The translations under genes were made by a program, and so were the position numbers. A stretch of 64,000 nucleotides of DNA, taken from positions 128,169,394 through 128,233,393 of the forward strand of contig NC_068982.1 of the NCBI RefSeq assembly GCF_001194135.2, in the 5' to 3' direction. How positions within the stretch are numbered: the stretch's first letter is position 1; each line of letters opens with the position of its first letter. Shown here in pieces: positions 10,490 through 23,414 of this stretch. The notes under the pieces were generated by a model. That model was not told where the DNA came from, did no database searches, and saw only the letters and a list, made by a program, of their open reading frames with translations. The stretch is from Octopus bimaculoides (Eukaryota).

Positions 10490-13130
10490 TGCAGGCTCCC
10501 CTAGACCAATGAGATAAATAATGTTAATACTACTATTACATAGCTGACAGCTGCAGAAAATACATGGGCAGAGGTGGAAATTCCAAAGTCAACAGTCTAG
10601 ATGGAAAGGACTCAATGTAGGGGTTAGTCAGACCCAGAAAACAACGTGATGAGAAGGAGAGCAAGTGAATTGGGAATGGAGGCAGCATGAGATCAGCCAA
10701 TTCTTGGGGAGTAAAAGGCATCATACTAACAGGTGAGAAAGCAGAGTGAGGAGACTACACATTTACAGGACAAAAGCTAGAGTATGCCAATCAGGTGAGC
10801 AAAATTTATTTGGAAAGGTGTAGGTAGAAACTCCATAAGATGTACCCTACCCAGTGTAAGCTATGGCACATAAGAGGTGCAGCAATATCAAAGGAAGGCT
10901 AACTGGGAAGATAATTTTTGTTTGTGGCAAATGCTCAGGGGCAATAAACACTGAAAATATGCAGAAACAGTTTCCGTCACATGCCAGGGAAAAAAAACCA
11001 GTAGTTGAGAGCTTCCATTATCTAGGTGACCAAATCAGGGTGGATGCTCTGAGAATGTAGCTGCTAGAATAAGAATAGCCTGGGCAAAGTTCAGCGAGCT
11101 CCTACCTCTGCTGGTGACAAAAGGCCTCTCGCTCAGAGTAAAAGGTAGACTGTATGATGTACGTGTGCAAGCAGCCATGCTACATGGCAGTGAAACATGG
11201 GATGTGACTGCTGAGGGTATGCATAAGCTTGCAAGAAATAAAGCTAGTATGCTCTGCTGGGTGTGTAATGTCAGTGTGCATACACGACAGAGTGTAAGTG
11301 CCCTGAGAGAAAAGTTGGACATAAGAAACATCAGATGTGGTTTTAAGAGAGACGACTGTGCTGGTATGATCATGTGTTGCATATGGATGACAGCAGCTGT
11401 GTAAAAAAGTGTCACACCTTAGCAATAGAAGGAAACTGAGAAATGATTAGGAATTATTTCTGCTGTTAAATGTGACAAAGATTGGTATCAAGGTTATGTA
11501 TGGATGAAGCTTGAATGCAGAAGTTTAGGGGAGGAGGAAGAGTATGAGAGACAAAACCGAACCTTGGAGCACACCATTTGTAACAGTGGATTAGAAAAAG
11601 ATTCTTAAACTTACATTGAGCTGTCATCTGACAGGAAGCAAACAATCCTAGAGATGAATGGATTTTATAGACTGGCAGTTTCGCTTAAGGATTCACAGGT
11701 CAGACACATAGCTGAATGTGTTACTGAGGCAACAACTATTCCCAACAAATTTCCCAAATGGAGGTGGGAGTACTGCTTAGTAATAGAGAAGAAAAGTTCA
11801 CCAGTAGGTCTGATATTATGAAAGTATATAGTGGTGGTCATTAAGAAAGAAATATGTTTCAAGATTTTGGAGAGGGGTATAGGTAATGGCTAACTCCCTC
11901 AACTTTGAGATGTTGGAAATGAGTGCAATATGTTGATAGTTGGGTGGGTTTTCTTGAGAATGGATCAAAATTATAGGATATTTCCAATGATCAAGATATC
12001 ATTGTAGAGAGAGATATTGATCTTTGAGTTTAGTGAGGATAGGGGCATTGATTGTCAGCACTAGTAGCCTTGTTGGTTTGAAATGAGCAAAGATGCTTTC
12101 ACACTTGGTATGTATCTGTATGTGGTGGTTAGCCTGGTCGAGTGGAAAGCAATAGTTTTGGAGAAGATTTAATGCATAGAGTTAGATACAAAATGGGTTG
12201 CAAATGAGGAGGCTTTTGCTACAGGAGCACCATTAACAGAACTATTATTGTTTAGAAGTGGAAGGCAAAGGATTCTGTAATGTATGAAATACTTTTGACA
12301 AGGGACTAAAAAGAATGGCAGCATTTTTAAAGAAACATCCTTTTGAAGATGATCCTGAAGGAATTATAGTGCATATTAAAAGATGCATGGGTGAGTTCCT
12401 GCAAGTAATGTAGGCCATGTTCTTTGTTTCAACTGCTATAGTGTAGCTGTATAAGCTATAAGTGATCCACTTGAAGGATTTGGGGTGGTGAGATTTCGAT
12501 ATGGATGAAATGTGTAAGGACAAACCTAAAAAATTAATGAATTAAAAATTGTCTTTAGTTTTATGTCCAGGTAAAATTACTACCTGTTTTTATAGCAAGT
12601 TGATGCAGGTAGTTTATCCCTTTTCCCCTCAGGCTCCCAGTTCATGCAATTGAAAAAAAAAAACATTTATGGGATGACCAATAATTAGTAAACTTAATAA
12701 CTAGCCTAACCTAATGTGTTAAATCCTCTTACAATATGATCATCATCATGAATTAACATCCGTTTTTTCCATACTGGCATGGGCCAGACAGTTTGACAGG
12801 AGCTGGAAAGCCAGAGGGTTAGATGAAGTATATATACTGACAGGAGTAGTTACGTTAGAACTGAAAGAACTCCAATCACTGGGATATCTTTTAGTACCAT
12901 AGGACCCAAGAGATGTTACCTAGATTGTGGATGAGTAGTGAAGATAAGGCAAGAGTCCTGCAGATTCAAGAGTTGCAGAGAAAGTGATAGTTTGATAAAA
13001 GATAGGTTTGGAGGTGAGATCAAGCATGTTTGAAATATGTGTGTGCCAGTCAAGGATTATAAGTAGGGGACAAAATGCATAAAATACATTAATGTAGAGA
13101 GTTGAGGATTGTGAAAGAATCAGAATGAGA
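10490..13130 (-). mobile_element. Ancient CR1/Jockey-group-like LINE relic, interrupted by the RTE fragment and by a duplicated mariner end
   Basis: Stop-riddled minus-strand remnants in colinear order: NMLDLTSKP (endonuclease end, about 13.0 kb), NGAPVAKASSFATHFVSNS (about 12.2 kb), NPPNYQHIALIS (about 11.95 kb), NGVLQGSV (about 11.57 kb), ELADLMLPP...YIESFPS (about 10.65 kb). Boundaries approximate; clade assigned from remembered motifs. Confidence 0.65.
10860..11437 (+). mobile_element. Decayed RTE LINE internal fragment inserted in an older LINE
   Basis: Frameshifted ...HKRCSNIKGRLTGKIIFVCGKC...VESFHYLGD...RIRIAWAKFSELLPLL...AAMLHGSETW...VKKCHTL; same family as 6216-8085. Confidence 0.88.
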
Positions 13131-14074
13131 TGAATATGCGAAAGCCAATAAACATCTTATCATCAGAGTTTACATTCATGAAAGATTTTTATCAGTGTAT
13201 TACTTAATGTAGGTCAACAGCTTATCACTTTTTGGAAGCCAGACTGATCAAAAAAGATGGAAAGAGAGGAGAATCTATTATAAAAAATAAAAAGTTAGTT
13301 TTGCTAATAAGAGAAAAACAAATTAAAAAAATAAAAATTTTTACTCTAGTTTTCTAATTAATAAAAAGGTTGATAAATGTAAAGCAAAGTAACAAGATTT
13401 GGAATTGCTATCATCAATGTCGGTATTAAAACTAGAAAATTAAAGATGATTTCTGATTCATTACCTTTTTCTTTTAATGTATTTCTCTTGTTTTGACCAA
13501 TTTTGACTGTCACATTCGTAAAATATTTCAGTAATTATTTCTTCCTTTTTCAATCTGTCAGTTATCAATCTAACAAGATAATTAATGTTCCGTGGTTTAG
13601 TGTATCCATCAACAGATGACCACTACTACTATGGACAAATACAAAGAGAAAATTCCAAAATGCAATTTGAATATTGAAGCATGGCCACATGGTTAAGAAG
13701 CTTGTTTTGCAACCATGTGGTGTCTTGGGCCAATGTCTTCTACCAAGCCTATGAATGCTTTGTTTGTGGAAGTCCATTATAAATATATGTGTGTGTGTGT
13801 GTGCATGTGTTTGTGTTGTTTTTGCCTGCCACCACTTGACAACCAATATTGATTTGTTTACATCTCAATAATTCAGCAGTTCAACAAAAAAAAAAAATCA
13901 AAAGAATAAGTATCAGACCTGAAAGGAAGGGAAGTACTATAGGCACAGGTGTGGCTGTGGTAAGAAGCTTTCTTTCAGGCCAACGAAAGCATTGTGAGTG
14001 GATTTGGTGGACAGAAACTGAAAGAAGTCCATCGTATATGTGTGTAACATCTGCCTTCCATATCATTAATAGTA

Positions 14075-15397
14075 TTGGGTCATCCCATAAATAATGCAGT
14101 TTTTTATACTTTTATTTTTTTAAATTAAGATAAAATTCTTCTTTAATCTAAAATATAATCTCCATTTTCTACAATGCTTTTCCATCTATCTGGTAGATTT
14201 GCAAGGCCCCTTTTTCAAAATTCACTTGTCCGTGATGAAAAATACTCCTCCAGTACTGTTCTGACCTCAGCTACAGAATTCGTATTTTATCTGTCCAAAT
14301 GATTTTGAAGACTACGGAATAAATGATAATCAGATTGGGCAATATCCAGCGAATAGGGTGAGTGGGGTATCATTTCCCATTCAAACTGCTCCAGCCTTTG
14401 GAATGTCATCCTCACTGTATGTGACTGAGCATTGCCTTTCATCCTTTCAGGGTCGATAAATTAAGTACCAATTGCAAACTGGAGTCAATCTAATCGGTTG
14501 AACCCCCACTCCCCAAAACTTTCGGGTTCTGTGCCTAGAGTAGAAAGAACTGATGGAAGAACACCTTTTGTCTTTAGACCAAAGATGGTCATTTTTTTCC
14601 TAAAGCTGACTTAAGCTGCTCACAGTAGATCTCCTTTGTTATCATTTGGTTAAAAAAGTTCAAAGTGGACTAAACCTTTCATATCCCACCAAACAGATAA
14701 CAACACCTTACGTGGGCGAAGACCTTCTTTAGCTTGGGGTGCTAGTGTTTCTCCTTTCCCTACCCACTGTCTTCGGTGACATTTTTAAAGAGAACCCATT
14801 TCTTGTCACCAGTCACTATTCAGTCCAAAAAAGGTTCATTCGTGAGACATTAGAGCAAAGAAGAGCACACATTCACTGTGTGTGTGTGTGTGTGCGATTA
14901 AACTTGGAAAGTTTGTGAGGAACCCATTGATCCAATTTGCTGACTTTTCCAATGGCACACAATGTCGATGAATAGTCGAATGACTAAATCCAAGATTCTC
15001 AACAGTTATGATGGGATTTTGTTCCAAAGTTTGCAGGACGTCCTCATTGAGCTCTATGACAAGGCTTGTCTTCTAGGCTGAAGTTTCCAGCTTGGAATTT
15101 CTGGAACCACCGTTGATACTGGCTTACACTTATTGTTCGGTCCTCATATACTGCATTAATATTCCTCACACTTTTCGTTGTGTTGTTGCTTTTATTGAAC
15201 TCAAAGCAAAATATGCTCTTCCATTATAGCTTTGAGAAAATAACTTAAACTGAAACTCTTCAAAGCTTCCACTAAGAATAAGGTAAAATTACTACCTTTT
15301 TTTGTTAGCAAGTTGATGCAGGTAGTTTATCCCTCCCCCCCTCCGGCTCCCAGTCATGCAATTGAAAAAAAACTGTATTATTTATGGGATGACCCAA
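14075..15397 (-). mobile_element. Tc1/mariner element, decayed transposase, both TIRs and TA target duplication
   Basis: TA|TTGGGTCATCCCATAAATAATGCAGTTTTT (from 14075) and AAAAACTGTATTATTTATGGGATGACCCAA|TA (to 15397). Internal motifs RWFQKF..GNFSLED, IVTGDKKWV, RPRKVLLSVWWD, FHQ..AQSHT, PYSLDIAQSDYHLFRSLQNHL. A SINE sits at 14431-14549 and a (CA)n tract near 14876. Confidence 0.93.
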
Positions 15398-17310
15398 TAA
15401 TTAGTTAACTTAATAACTAGCCTAACCTAATGTGTTAAATCTTCTTACAATATGATCATCATCATGAATTAACATCCGTTTTTCCATACTGGCCTGGGTT
15501 AGACAGTTTGACAGGAGCTGGAAAGCCAGAAGGTTGCATTAGGCTCAAGTCATGTTTTAGTACGGTTTCTATGGCTGGATGCCCTTCTTAACACCAACTA
15601 CTTTACAGAGTGTACTGGGTGCTTTGTATGTAGTGCTGGCATTGGTTCTGTAGTATGTGACACCAGCACAAGTGCTTTTAATATGGCACCAGCATGGATG
15701 CTTTTTCCATGGTGCCAGCACAGAGTTTAGAAAATATTATTAAACAATATGTTAGTAAATCAATAACTATCTTACCAAATCTCTATCCATTCCAATAAAT
15801 CTTCCTTATGACTCGAAGCCTTGCGTGAAATCTAAACACTTATAACCTTTTCCACGCCTAGTTCTAAATACCCACATGAAAGTGGTGTAGCTTTTTCACC
15901 ACCCAGCAATGAGGATTTCACATCTAGGAATAGATTAAGTCCTACACATCAAAATTGATTCAATTGTGAAAGGAAACCTTAACACTGTATGACTGACAAG
16001 TCTTTTTATACTGCAATAAAAGCAGGTTCCTTAATATGAAACAGAGGCAGATACAGGTTTTGTAGTGCATGAAACAGAAAGAGCATACAGTTACACACTC
16101 CCCACCACACACAAGCTAAAATCAAAACATTGAAAGAGCAGATCAAATATGCTGTATTGTAAATATGACAAATCCAAGTAAAACACAATTTTGAAACAAT
16201 GATGACTCAATATCCATTCTTTCTGAAATTACAAAATGGCATACAAAGACAGTTTAAAGAAAAACAAAACAAAATTATATTAAAGATAAAAATCGTTTAT
16301 GTAAACATTTTGTTTTTATTTAGTGCTATAAATCCACATAATTTAGTTAAAGACAGGAAGAACTTAGAAGCATAGCTCAGATAATTAGTATCCCATCGTT
16401 TCAGTTTGTAAACAGAATAAAATTAATTTAAAAAGGAACCCAACACATACTTCCAATATAAATTGACTTCTTGATCATGGAATTGGTAGCAAGAATATTA
16501 TTAATCAATTAATGGGAAATTTGTTTGATCTTGTTAATATTGAATTTATATGTGTGTATTATATCTTAAACTTTTTATTATTTTAACTTAAAAACTAAGA
16601 TCTAATTAAACACTTAGGGTAATTAGCAAAAGAGAAATATCAGCAGCTCACATTAATCAAAAGAATTCAAGATTTGAATTTTACTGCAATCCTTTTGAAA
16701 TAATCTATCTTCTTACACTTGTTTCAGTCATTTGACTGTGGCCATGCTGGGGCATGAACACATGTTCACCTGGTCGAAAATTAAGTTAAAAGTAAAAGTT
16801 TGTATCTTTGGAAGTATTTTACAGGTTCCCATTTCTTAAAAGTTATGTACAATGCTGTAAATAAACATATAAACTCAGTATAATATATAAAAAAAAGAAG
16901 AACAAAATCTCTAATACAGTAATTAAACAAATATAGCAATTAGAGAAATTAACATTTATAATAAGTTATTTCTAATCTCAACGTTACAAAATTTCTCTTG
17001 CTTTAAAAATGAGTTCAAACTATAAAAAAAAAAAATTACATATCTTTTTTTTTTTCAATTTTTTAAAAAATTTTAATTTCAATGATCATTTTTCCTCCCT
17101 CCCTGTTCTGAGTGAGAATTAGTATAGTAATTGATAATGCCGTATATATAAATTAGATGAAATAAAATAAGCTGTTCAATAACTGAACAAAATTTGTAAT
17201 CACACTGATAACAGTAGCCAATGTGCTAAATAAAATAGTGACCCCTAACTTTACATGTCACATAAACAAAACTGTTTGCTAAAGAAACTTTGCTAATTTC
17301 TGCCTGAAGT

Positions 17311-17320
17311 TTTATTTATT
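17311..17320 (-). promoter_or_regulatory. Candidate polyadenylation signal(s) for the MLCK-like gene
   Basis: AATAAATAAA on the minus strand about 580 nt after the stop, within an AT-rich UTR-like tract. Hexamers are common in this DNA, so support is weak. Confidence 0.25.
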
Positions 17321-17901
17321 ATTTTGTTAGAGGAGGGAGGTATAGAGGAGAAAAAAAAGCAGAAATATAACAAATTTTTTTCATATCACAGATCAACTGC
17401 TTATTGGTTTTTCTTTTTCTTTTCTGACTGAAGCCATTGTAGAGAATGAAAATAGGGCCCTGTGGAAGTTTTAACGTCTAAATTATTCCAGATAGCATTA
17501 TATTGTTCTTTGCCAAATCCAAAGTAAGAAAAAAAAAACTAGACTAGTGTATCTTGTACATCAGTGCAATGCTTATAAAACTCTCTCATCCCTTTTTAAC
17601 TCAAAAGAACTATTTAATATACAAGACATACAGATCTCTTCTTTCTCTCAACAGCTTATTTCATACACTGTCGGCAGCAGACTCGGCTCTGATCTTTTCA
17701 ATTTCTTGTATCACCTTAGAGAAGGAAGAAGGATTTTCAACATTAGTTTTTGCATGAAAAAAGGTTTTTGATGGATTTGATAATTTAAATGAAGAATGAA
17801 GTAGATATGAACTGTCTGAATAATTAATTCAGCAAGACAAAAATCACTGGATGGTAAACAGCCTAAGTGTTTTGGCATTAAAAACTGCACTGGTAAACTG
17901 C

Positions 17902-18063
17902 TTAAGGTTTTGGTGGCTTTGAATTCCTAAAAAATGTCCTTCTTTCATTCGAGACTGAATATTGGGTAGGTAGAGAAAATGAAGTGGATTCTGATGTGGA
18001 TGAAGATCTTTCAGAAAACCTGCCTGTTATGTGATTCAGAGCGCGAATAGCAGTGCCATTTTT
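17902..18063 (-). CDS. MYLK: MLCK-like terminal coding exon: second half of CaM-binding helix and Ser-rich tail (not in ORF track)
   Basis: CTTTTTGCTTTAG| phase 0. KNGTAIRALNHITGRFSERSSSTSESTSFSLPTQYSVSNERRTFFRNSKPPKP* with stop TAA at 17904-17902. RRKWQ+KNGTAIRAL parallels the canonical RRKWQKTGHAVRAIGRL. Confidence 0.88.
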   Translation of the reverse strand, partial: KNGTAIRALNHITGRFSERSSSTSESTSFSLPTQYSVSNERRTFFRNSKPPKP

Positions 18064-19599
18064 CTAAAGCAAAAAGAAAACAAAAAAACAAACATCATGC
18101 AAAACTCAACTCAAAGTTAAATAAAACAAAGTAAAGAAAGACGACAAAACAAAAATAAAAGAATAAAGAAAAAACTGCACAGATATTTTTAGTGTTCAAA
18201 AATACAACAAACAACAAAGTGGATTATTATTGTTATTATTAATAGCGCTGAATATCTTAACAACAACAATTACATAATTTACAATGTATATTCAATAACA
18301 GACTCCATTGAAGCTACTAAAACATCTTGAAAGATGATAGACAATCAAAAAAATAATCTTTTATATGACAATAAATTATTGGACTTGGTCTTTATCTTTA
18401 GAGACAAAACATTTTATTTAAGATTTACATTGAGATTATGTTTAAATCTGTTTGACGTCCAAATCATCATCAGATGTATTGTTTCCTGGACACACTTTTA
18501 TACTTTTACTTGTTTCAGTTGTTGCACCATGGCCATGCTGGGGCGTCACCTTACAGGGAAGGGTTTAGAGCTAAACAAATCAATTCAAGAACTTTTTCTT
18601 TTTAAGTTTGCTACTTATTTTATCAGTCTCTTTTTTGTTAAAATGCTAAGTTATAAGGATGTAAAAAGACCAACACTAGTCACAAAGTAGTAACACATAC
18701 ACACACACAAAATATTAGATTAAACTTGAATTAAGAACCCTTATTTCTGAGCTAAGGGGTAGTAACATTTTTATCCTCTAGCCCACTGACAGATGTACAA
18801 TATATGCTACACTTTAGCATATTTATATTTCAGTAAGAACAATAATATTAAGCTTATCTTAGTAGTTGGTTATCAGCGAGCCTTAAATATTTCCAAAGTT
18901 CCTACACTGGTTCTTTATTAAATATGGAAGTTTCATTTTATAGTAGGATATGATTTCCTTTCTAACATCAGAAAAGTACAGCTTCTATGTCTACCTTTTC
19001 ATTTTTACCTTTATAATTTTTTTTATAAAATGCATAAAATATTATCAATACAATTCTTGTGTTATAACCATTAATTCTGGTGGGAAATTTTCAAAATGTA
19101 GCATAGATGTATATATTTTAAAAAGTAATGCTTCATCTCTGAAGATGAGGTCAATAATCTGGATAATGATAATCAAATTAGAATGGACTAAGCAAAGCAG
19201 GAGTATACACAATGACGGAAACTGTTGCTGAAAAAATCACAGATAATCAAATTAATTACCAATAATTCATCTCAGACATTTTCATATAAAATCCTTTTTT
19301 TTAGTCTTACTTTATATTTCCTGTAATCATCATCATTTAACACCCATTTTCCATACTGGAAGGGTTGGACAATTTTTCAGAATCTAATAGGTCCAAAGAT
19401 TGTAGTATGCTCCAGTGCCTGCTTTGGCATGGTCTCTACAGCTGGATGCTTTTTCTAATGCCAACCATTTTAGTGTGTACTGGGTACTTTTCTTCCATGC
19501 CACCAGCACTAGTGGGTGGTAGAGGTGAGAGGAAGGAAATCGGGTGAAGGGCCCAGTTGCATATATATACACACAGCTCTACTAGAACTCAGTTTTGTC

Positions 19600-19740
19600 A
19601 AGGTGGACAAGTCTCCTTCAGAACTGAACACTGCCAATCATCCCAGTTCTTTGTCATCACCTCCATGAGATCAGCCATCACCACTTTGTCTCAGTTCTAC
19701 CTGGGACTTCTTCCGCAAGCTCCATTCACATTAAATGATC
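19600..19740 (-). mobile_element. Old RTE 3'-ORF remnant
   Basis: Reverse complement resembles the GRPRKTW..VV..DL..MTKDRDDW..VLKKT C-terminus of the RTE copies. Confidence 0.45.
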
Positions 19741-20924
19741 AGCAGGATAACTTTACAGCTCTTTGAAAAGCAGTTCCATATTTAATTTGTCCAATCCATA
19801 CTGAGTTGTAATGTTTGTCTATTTAAAAGCCATACAATAAGATACCAGGTTCAATTCCATTGCATGGTATCACAGGTAATCATCATTTTTACCATGACTT
19901 CAGGTCAATCCAAGACTTGGGAACAAAACTGATAGAGGGGAAATTGTGAGAAGCCTGTCAGATGGAGTGTGCCTGTAAGTCAAGGATCTATCCTTGTCAC
20001 ACAGTGACACGCTGATTTTAATTGAGAATTACATTAAGGGTACATGTGTCTGTGGAATACTCAGCCACTTACAAGCTAATTCAATGAACCAGTAGTTGAG
20101 CTAATCAAACAACCAAATATTCATTACTGAAATGAACAGTGGTCCATTTATTTAATACCGTTAATTCCAAAGCTATGGACATTTATTTATTTATTTAATA
20201 ATTATATCAGATGAGTAGGAAGGAGTAGCACAATTGATACACCCTCTCCTCCCACACAGGCACGAACAATGTTGGTGAATGTCAAAAGTATGAATGAGAC
20301 AGCCTGATCGAAATGCTGGCAATAAGTTGTTATAGGTCATGAAAATATACCTCACAATCATAAAATATTCATTTATTAAATTAATGAGACCTACATATTT
20401 TGTGGTGCTAATTGTTAAGAATATTTTCACAAAATTTGGTTTGTGTTACTTCAAAAGATAAACTTTCAATTTATTTCTAAAACATTAATTTCTAAGAATT
20501 ATCTAAAATGTCATCTACTTATTTCATTACTAATTAATAAAACATCTTTTCTAATTGATTTCCCTGTCAGAGAATTACTACTACTATTACGAGAGATTTC
20601 ATACAATCTTTTTCAGCACACTGAGGTACGAGTTCTCTCCCTTGAAAGTACTCGTCATTAAATCTAAATAGTTTTGGAGGAGATTTTTTTTTCTATCTTC
20701 ACGTTGTTGCTAAACATTTGAATGTAAAACAACAGAACACAGAGCAACAATATGATTAGTATTCTCTTTCTCTCTCTCTCTCTCTTTCTCCATCCCTCCC
20801 TCTGTGTGTGTGTGAAAAAATTCTTTTTTAGAATTGGTTTTTGAAATACATACAAAGCTATCAGTAATAGCATGTAAATATTGGGTTGAAAAACCCTTTT
20901 GGATAAAGAAAAAAAAACCAAAGG

Positions 20925-20990
20925 GTGTGCATAGGATTCGAACTCACGTATCCTGTAGACATGATGGGCGTTCTATCATTGTACCAGAGC
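20925..20990 (-). other. Degenerate tRNA-like sequence with Pol III A and B boxes
   Basis: Minus strand TGGTACAATGATAGAAC ... GAGTTCGAATCC with tRNA-like spacing; anticodon and acceptor stems do not pair. Confidence 0.45.
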
Positions 20991-21355
20991 AATACTTTGA
21001 AGTTCTCTCAAAAGTTTATAAATTCTTATGATGTCAACTATATATATATATCCACATATATCCTCACTAATTATACACAGAGAAAGAAACTTATTGAAAA
21101 TAAAACAAGTTATCTGAGACAATATTATTTAATCTTATACACGTTTGTGTGACCACATCTCCATGTTCTCATGTTGTTCGGGTCTACTCAACTGAACTGA
21201 GTAGGGGCTGGTTGCTGTTGTGGCCATCTCCATCCCACCAGCTGTCACATACTGGATGTTCTGCAGGGCAAAAGGTGTCTATGCTTATGACTACATAAGC
21301 ACCTAAAACATTAACTGAAAGCATGGTACATGCAATCAAGTCATACTTGTACACG

Positions 21356-21360
<5 letters not shown>

Positions 21361-21397
<37 letters not shown>

Positions 21398-21465
21398 TGT
21401 GCGAGAGTGTGTATGTGCGAGAGTGTATGTGTGTGTATATACGCACACACACGCAGAAGAGATGT

Positions 21466-21503
<38 letters not shown>

Positions 21504-21547
21504 ATATATATACACACAAAGAGTGTGTGTGTGCACGCATGTGTGTG
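21361..21547. repeat. Compound (TG)n/(TA)n microsatellite, representative of many
   Basis: Directly visible. Others at about 4186-4210 ((CTT)n), 21942-22077, 23950-24002, 24452-24542, 52351-52396, 53066-53180, 62155-62290 and 63941-64000. Confidence 0.97.
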
Positions 21548-21939
21548 TGTGAAGCGGCTGTATGGTAAAAATTTGCTTCCAAATGGCATGGTTTCAGATT
21601 CAGCCCCACTGAGGCATTTTGCGAAAGTGTCTTCTATAGCACTGGGCCAACCAATGCCTTGAGAGTGGATTTAGTAGATGGAAACTGAAAGAAGTCTGTT
21701 GTATGTGTGTGTGTGTATGCATAACTTATGTGTGTTTGTGTTTATGTTTGTTCCCCACAACAGATAGACAACTACTGTTGTTTTGCTTACATTTCTGTAA
21801 TTTAGAGGTTTGGCAAAAGCAACCAATAAAATAAGTACTAGACTTTAAAAAAAATATATATATACAGGGGTCAATTTTTTCTAAACCCTTCAAGAGAGTG
21901 CCACAGCATGACCAGCCTAATGACTAAAACAAGTTAAAA

Positions 21940-21986
<47 letters not shown>

Positions 21987-22040
21987 TATGTATGTATGTA
22001 TATANNNNNNNNNNNNNNNNNNNNNNNNNNNNNNNNNNNN

Positions 22041-22080
<40 letters not shown>

Positions 22081-22401
22081 AATTTTATTATTTAAAATTT
22101 TATTACTACCTTCCTAAAAAGTTGTCACTGGAAGTAAAATATTTTTGTAAAATTAAAACTATCTCTGCATCTATATTTCAATATTTTGTCTTGATTTTAT
22201 ATGTGAAAATATTGCTGGCTTAACTCTTTCCATAATTAACTGGAAAATTATAAAAAAAAAAAATAAACTGACTTCTACTCCAAAATAAATATCAACGCCA
22301 CTGAAGTGAAGCAATGTATAAAATGCTTGTTCATTAAATTCAAAATCTAATCTGAATGTTTGAAGCATAAAAATATTATTTAATCGATTAATAACTAAAA
22401 T

Positions 22402-22584
22402 CAGTGTTTCTCAATTATTTTTTGCCAACGGACCTCTTTCATTCCTATCTTACTTAGGGGAGGGACTCTCATAACCATTCGATATCTAAAAACTCCTCTC
22501 ATATTTTAATGATTAAACATTATAAGGAAAATTTTAACAACAAAGGCCACCAAGAGCTATATGGAGCCCAGTTGAGAACCACTG
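22402..22584. mobile_element. hAT-Charlie-like MITE (183 bp)
   Basis: TIRs CAGTGTTTCTCAA / TTGAGAACCACTG (13 bp, 1 mismatch); target duplication only partly preserved. Confidence 0.65.
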
Positions 22585-23414
22585 GACTAAGTAAAGCTAA
22601 ATCACACAAGATATATTTTTCACCAGTTAGATGTTGATAAACTTTTAACATTCATTTGAAATTGTTGCAGTTTTAGTATCAACTTGTAAATACTTCGTAA
22701 TTCATATGAATATATATTATGTGTGTGTGTGTGTGTACATACATACATACACGCATATGTACACACATATTTAAATGTACATATATGTACCCAATATATA
22801 TATATATATGCACATGTATGTATATATGTATAACTGTGCCAAGGGCAAAACACAGTAAACTGAACTTTTGATAGAAATTACACATACATATGCATGGAGT
22901 ATAACGTAGAGTTTTATGCAGCTAATATCCAAGAGATCCATTCAATGAAATTATTTCATAAGGAATATATAAAAAGTCAGAAACATGAGAGGTGAATGTA
23001 TTCATTTAATCACTTGATATCCTTAGGATTATGGCCATTTCACAGTCTTCATCATGTAATCATTTCAGTGTATAATAAATACTATTTTACATGTTGGCAC
23101 CAATATGCATGCTACACACTGTACAATACAGTTGTACATTTATGAAATGGTTGTAATCCTAAGGATATTAAGTGGTTAAATAAATATATTCACCCATGTC
23201 CAGTAAGTTCACTGTCATCAATTCACTGTTGTTTTTCCCTCCCAATAAAATAGTTTTAACTATTAATGGTGAGATACTATTGATATATTTTCTCGGTAAA
23301 CTTTCCTCATGGTGAATTGATGGTGGTGAACTCTCCTGCAATGAATTGATAGTGGTGAACTTACCTATTATAATCATATTCACCTCTCACACTTCCTGAC
23401 TTTTTAAGGATTAG

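Noticed and set aside
17547-17771. Two overlapping plus-strand ORFs just beyond the MLCK stop (and similar 60-100 aa ORFs throughout)
   Set aside because: Hydrophobic, AT-driven composition with no splice or domain support; consistent with antisense 3'UTR or intron noise.
20191-20430. Cys-rich minus ORF (HQHCSCLCGRRGCINC) or alternative MLCK last exon (CAG|HFDQAVSF...)
   Set aside because: No recognisable domain, weak polypyrimidine tract and no similarity to the CaM-binding consensus; the 18063 exon fits far better.
21184-21609. Cluster of 60-140 aa ORFs rich in HT/YI/CV repeats (also 22620-22885, 62023-62466)
   Set aside because: Translations of (CA)n/(TA)n microsatellites.
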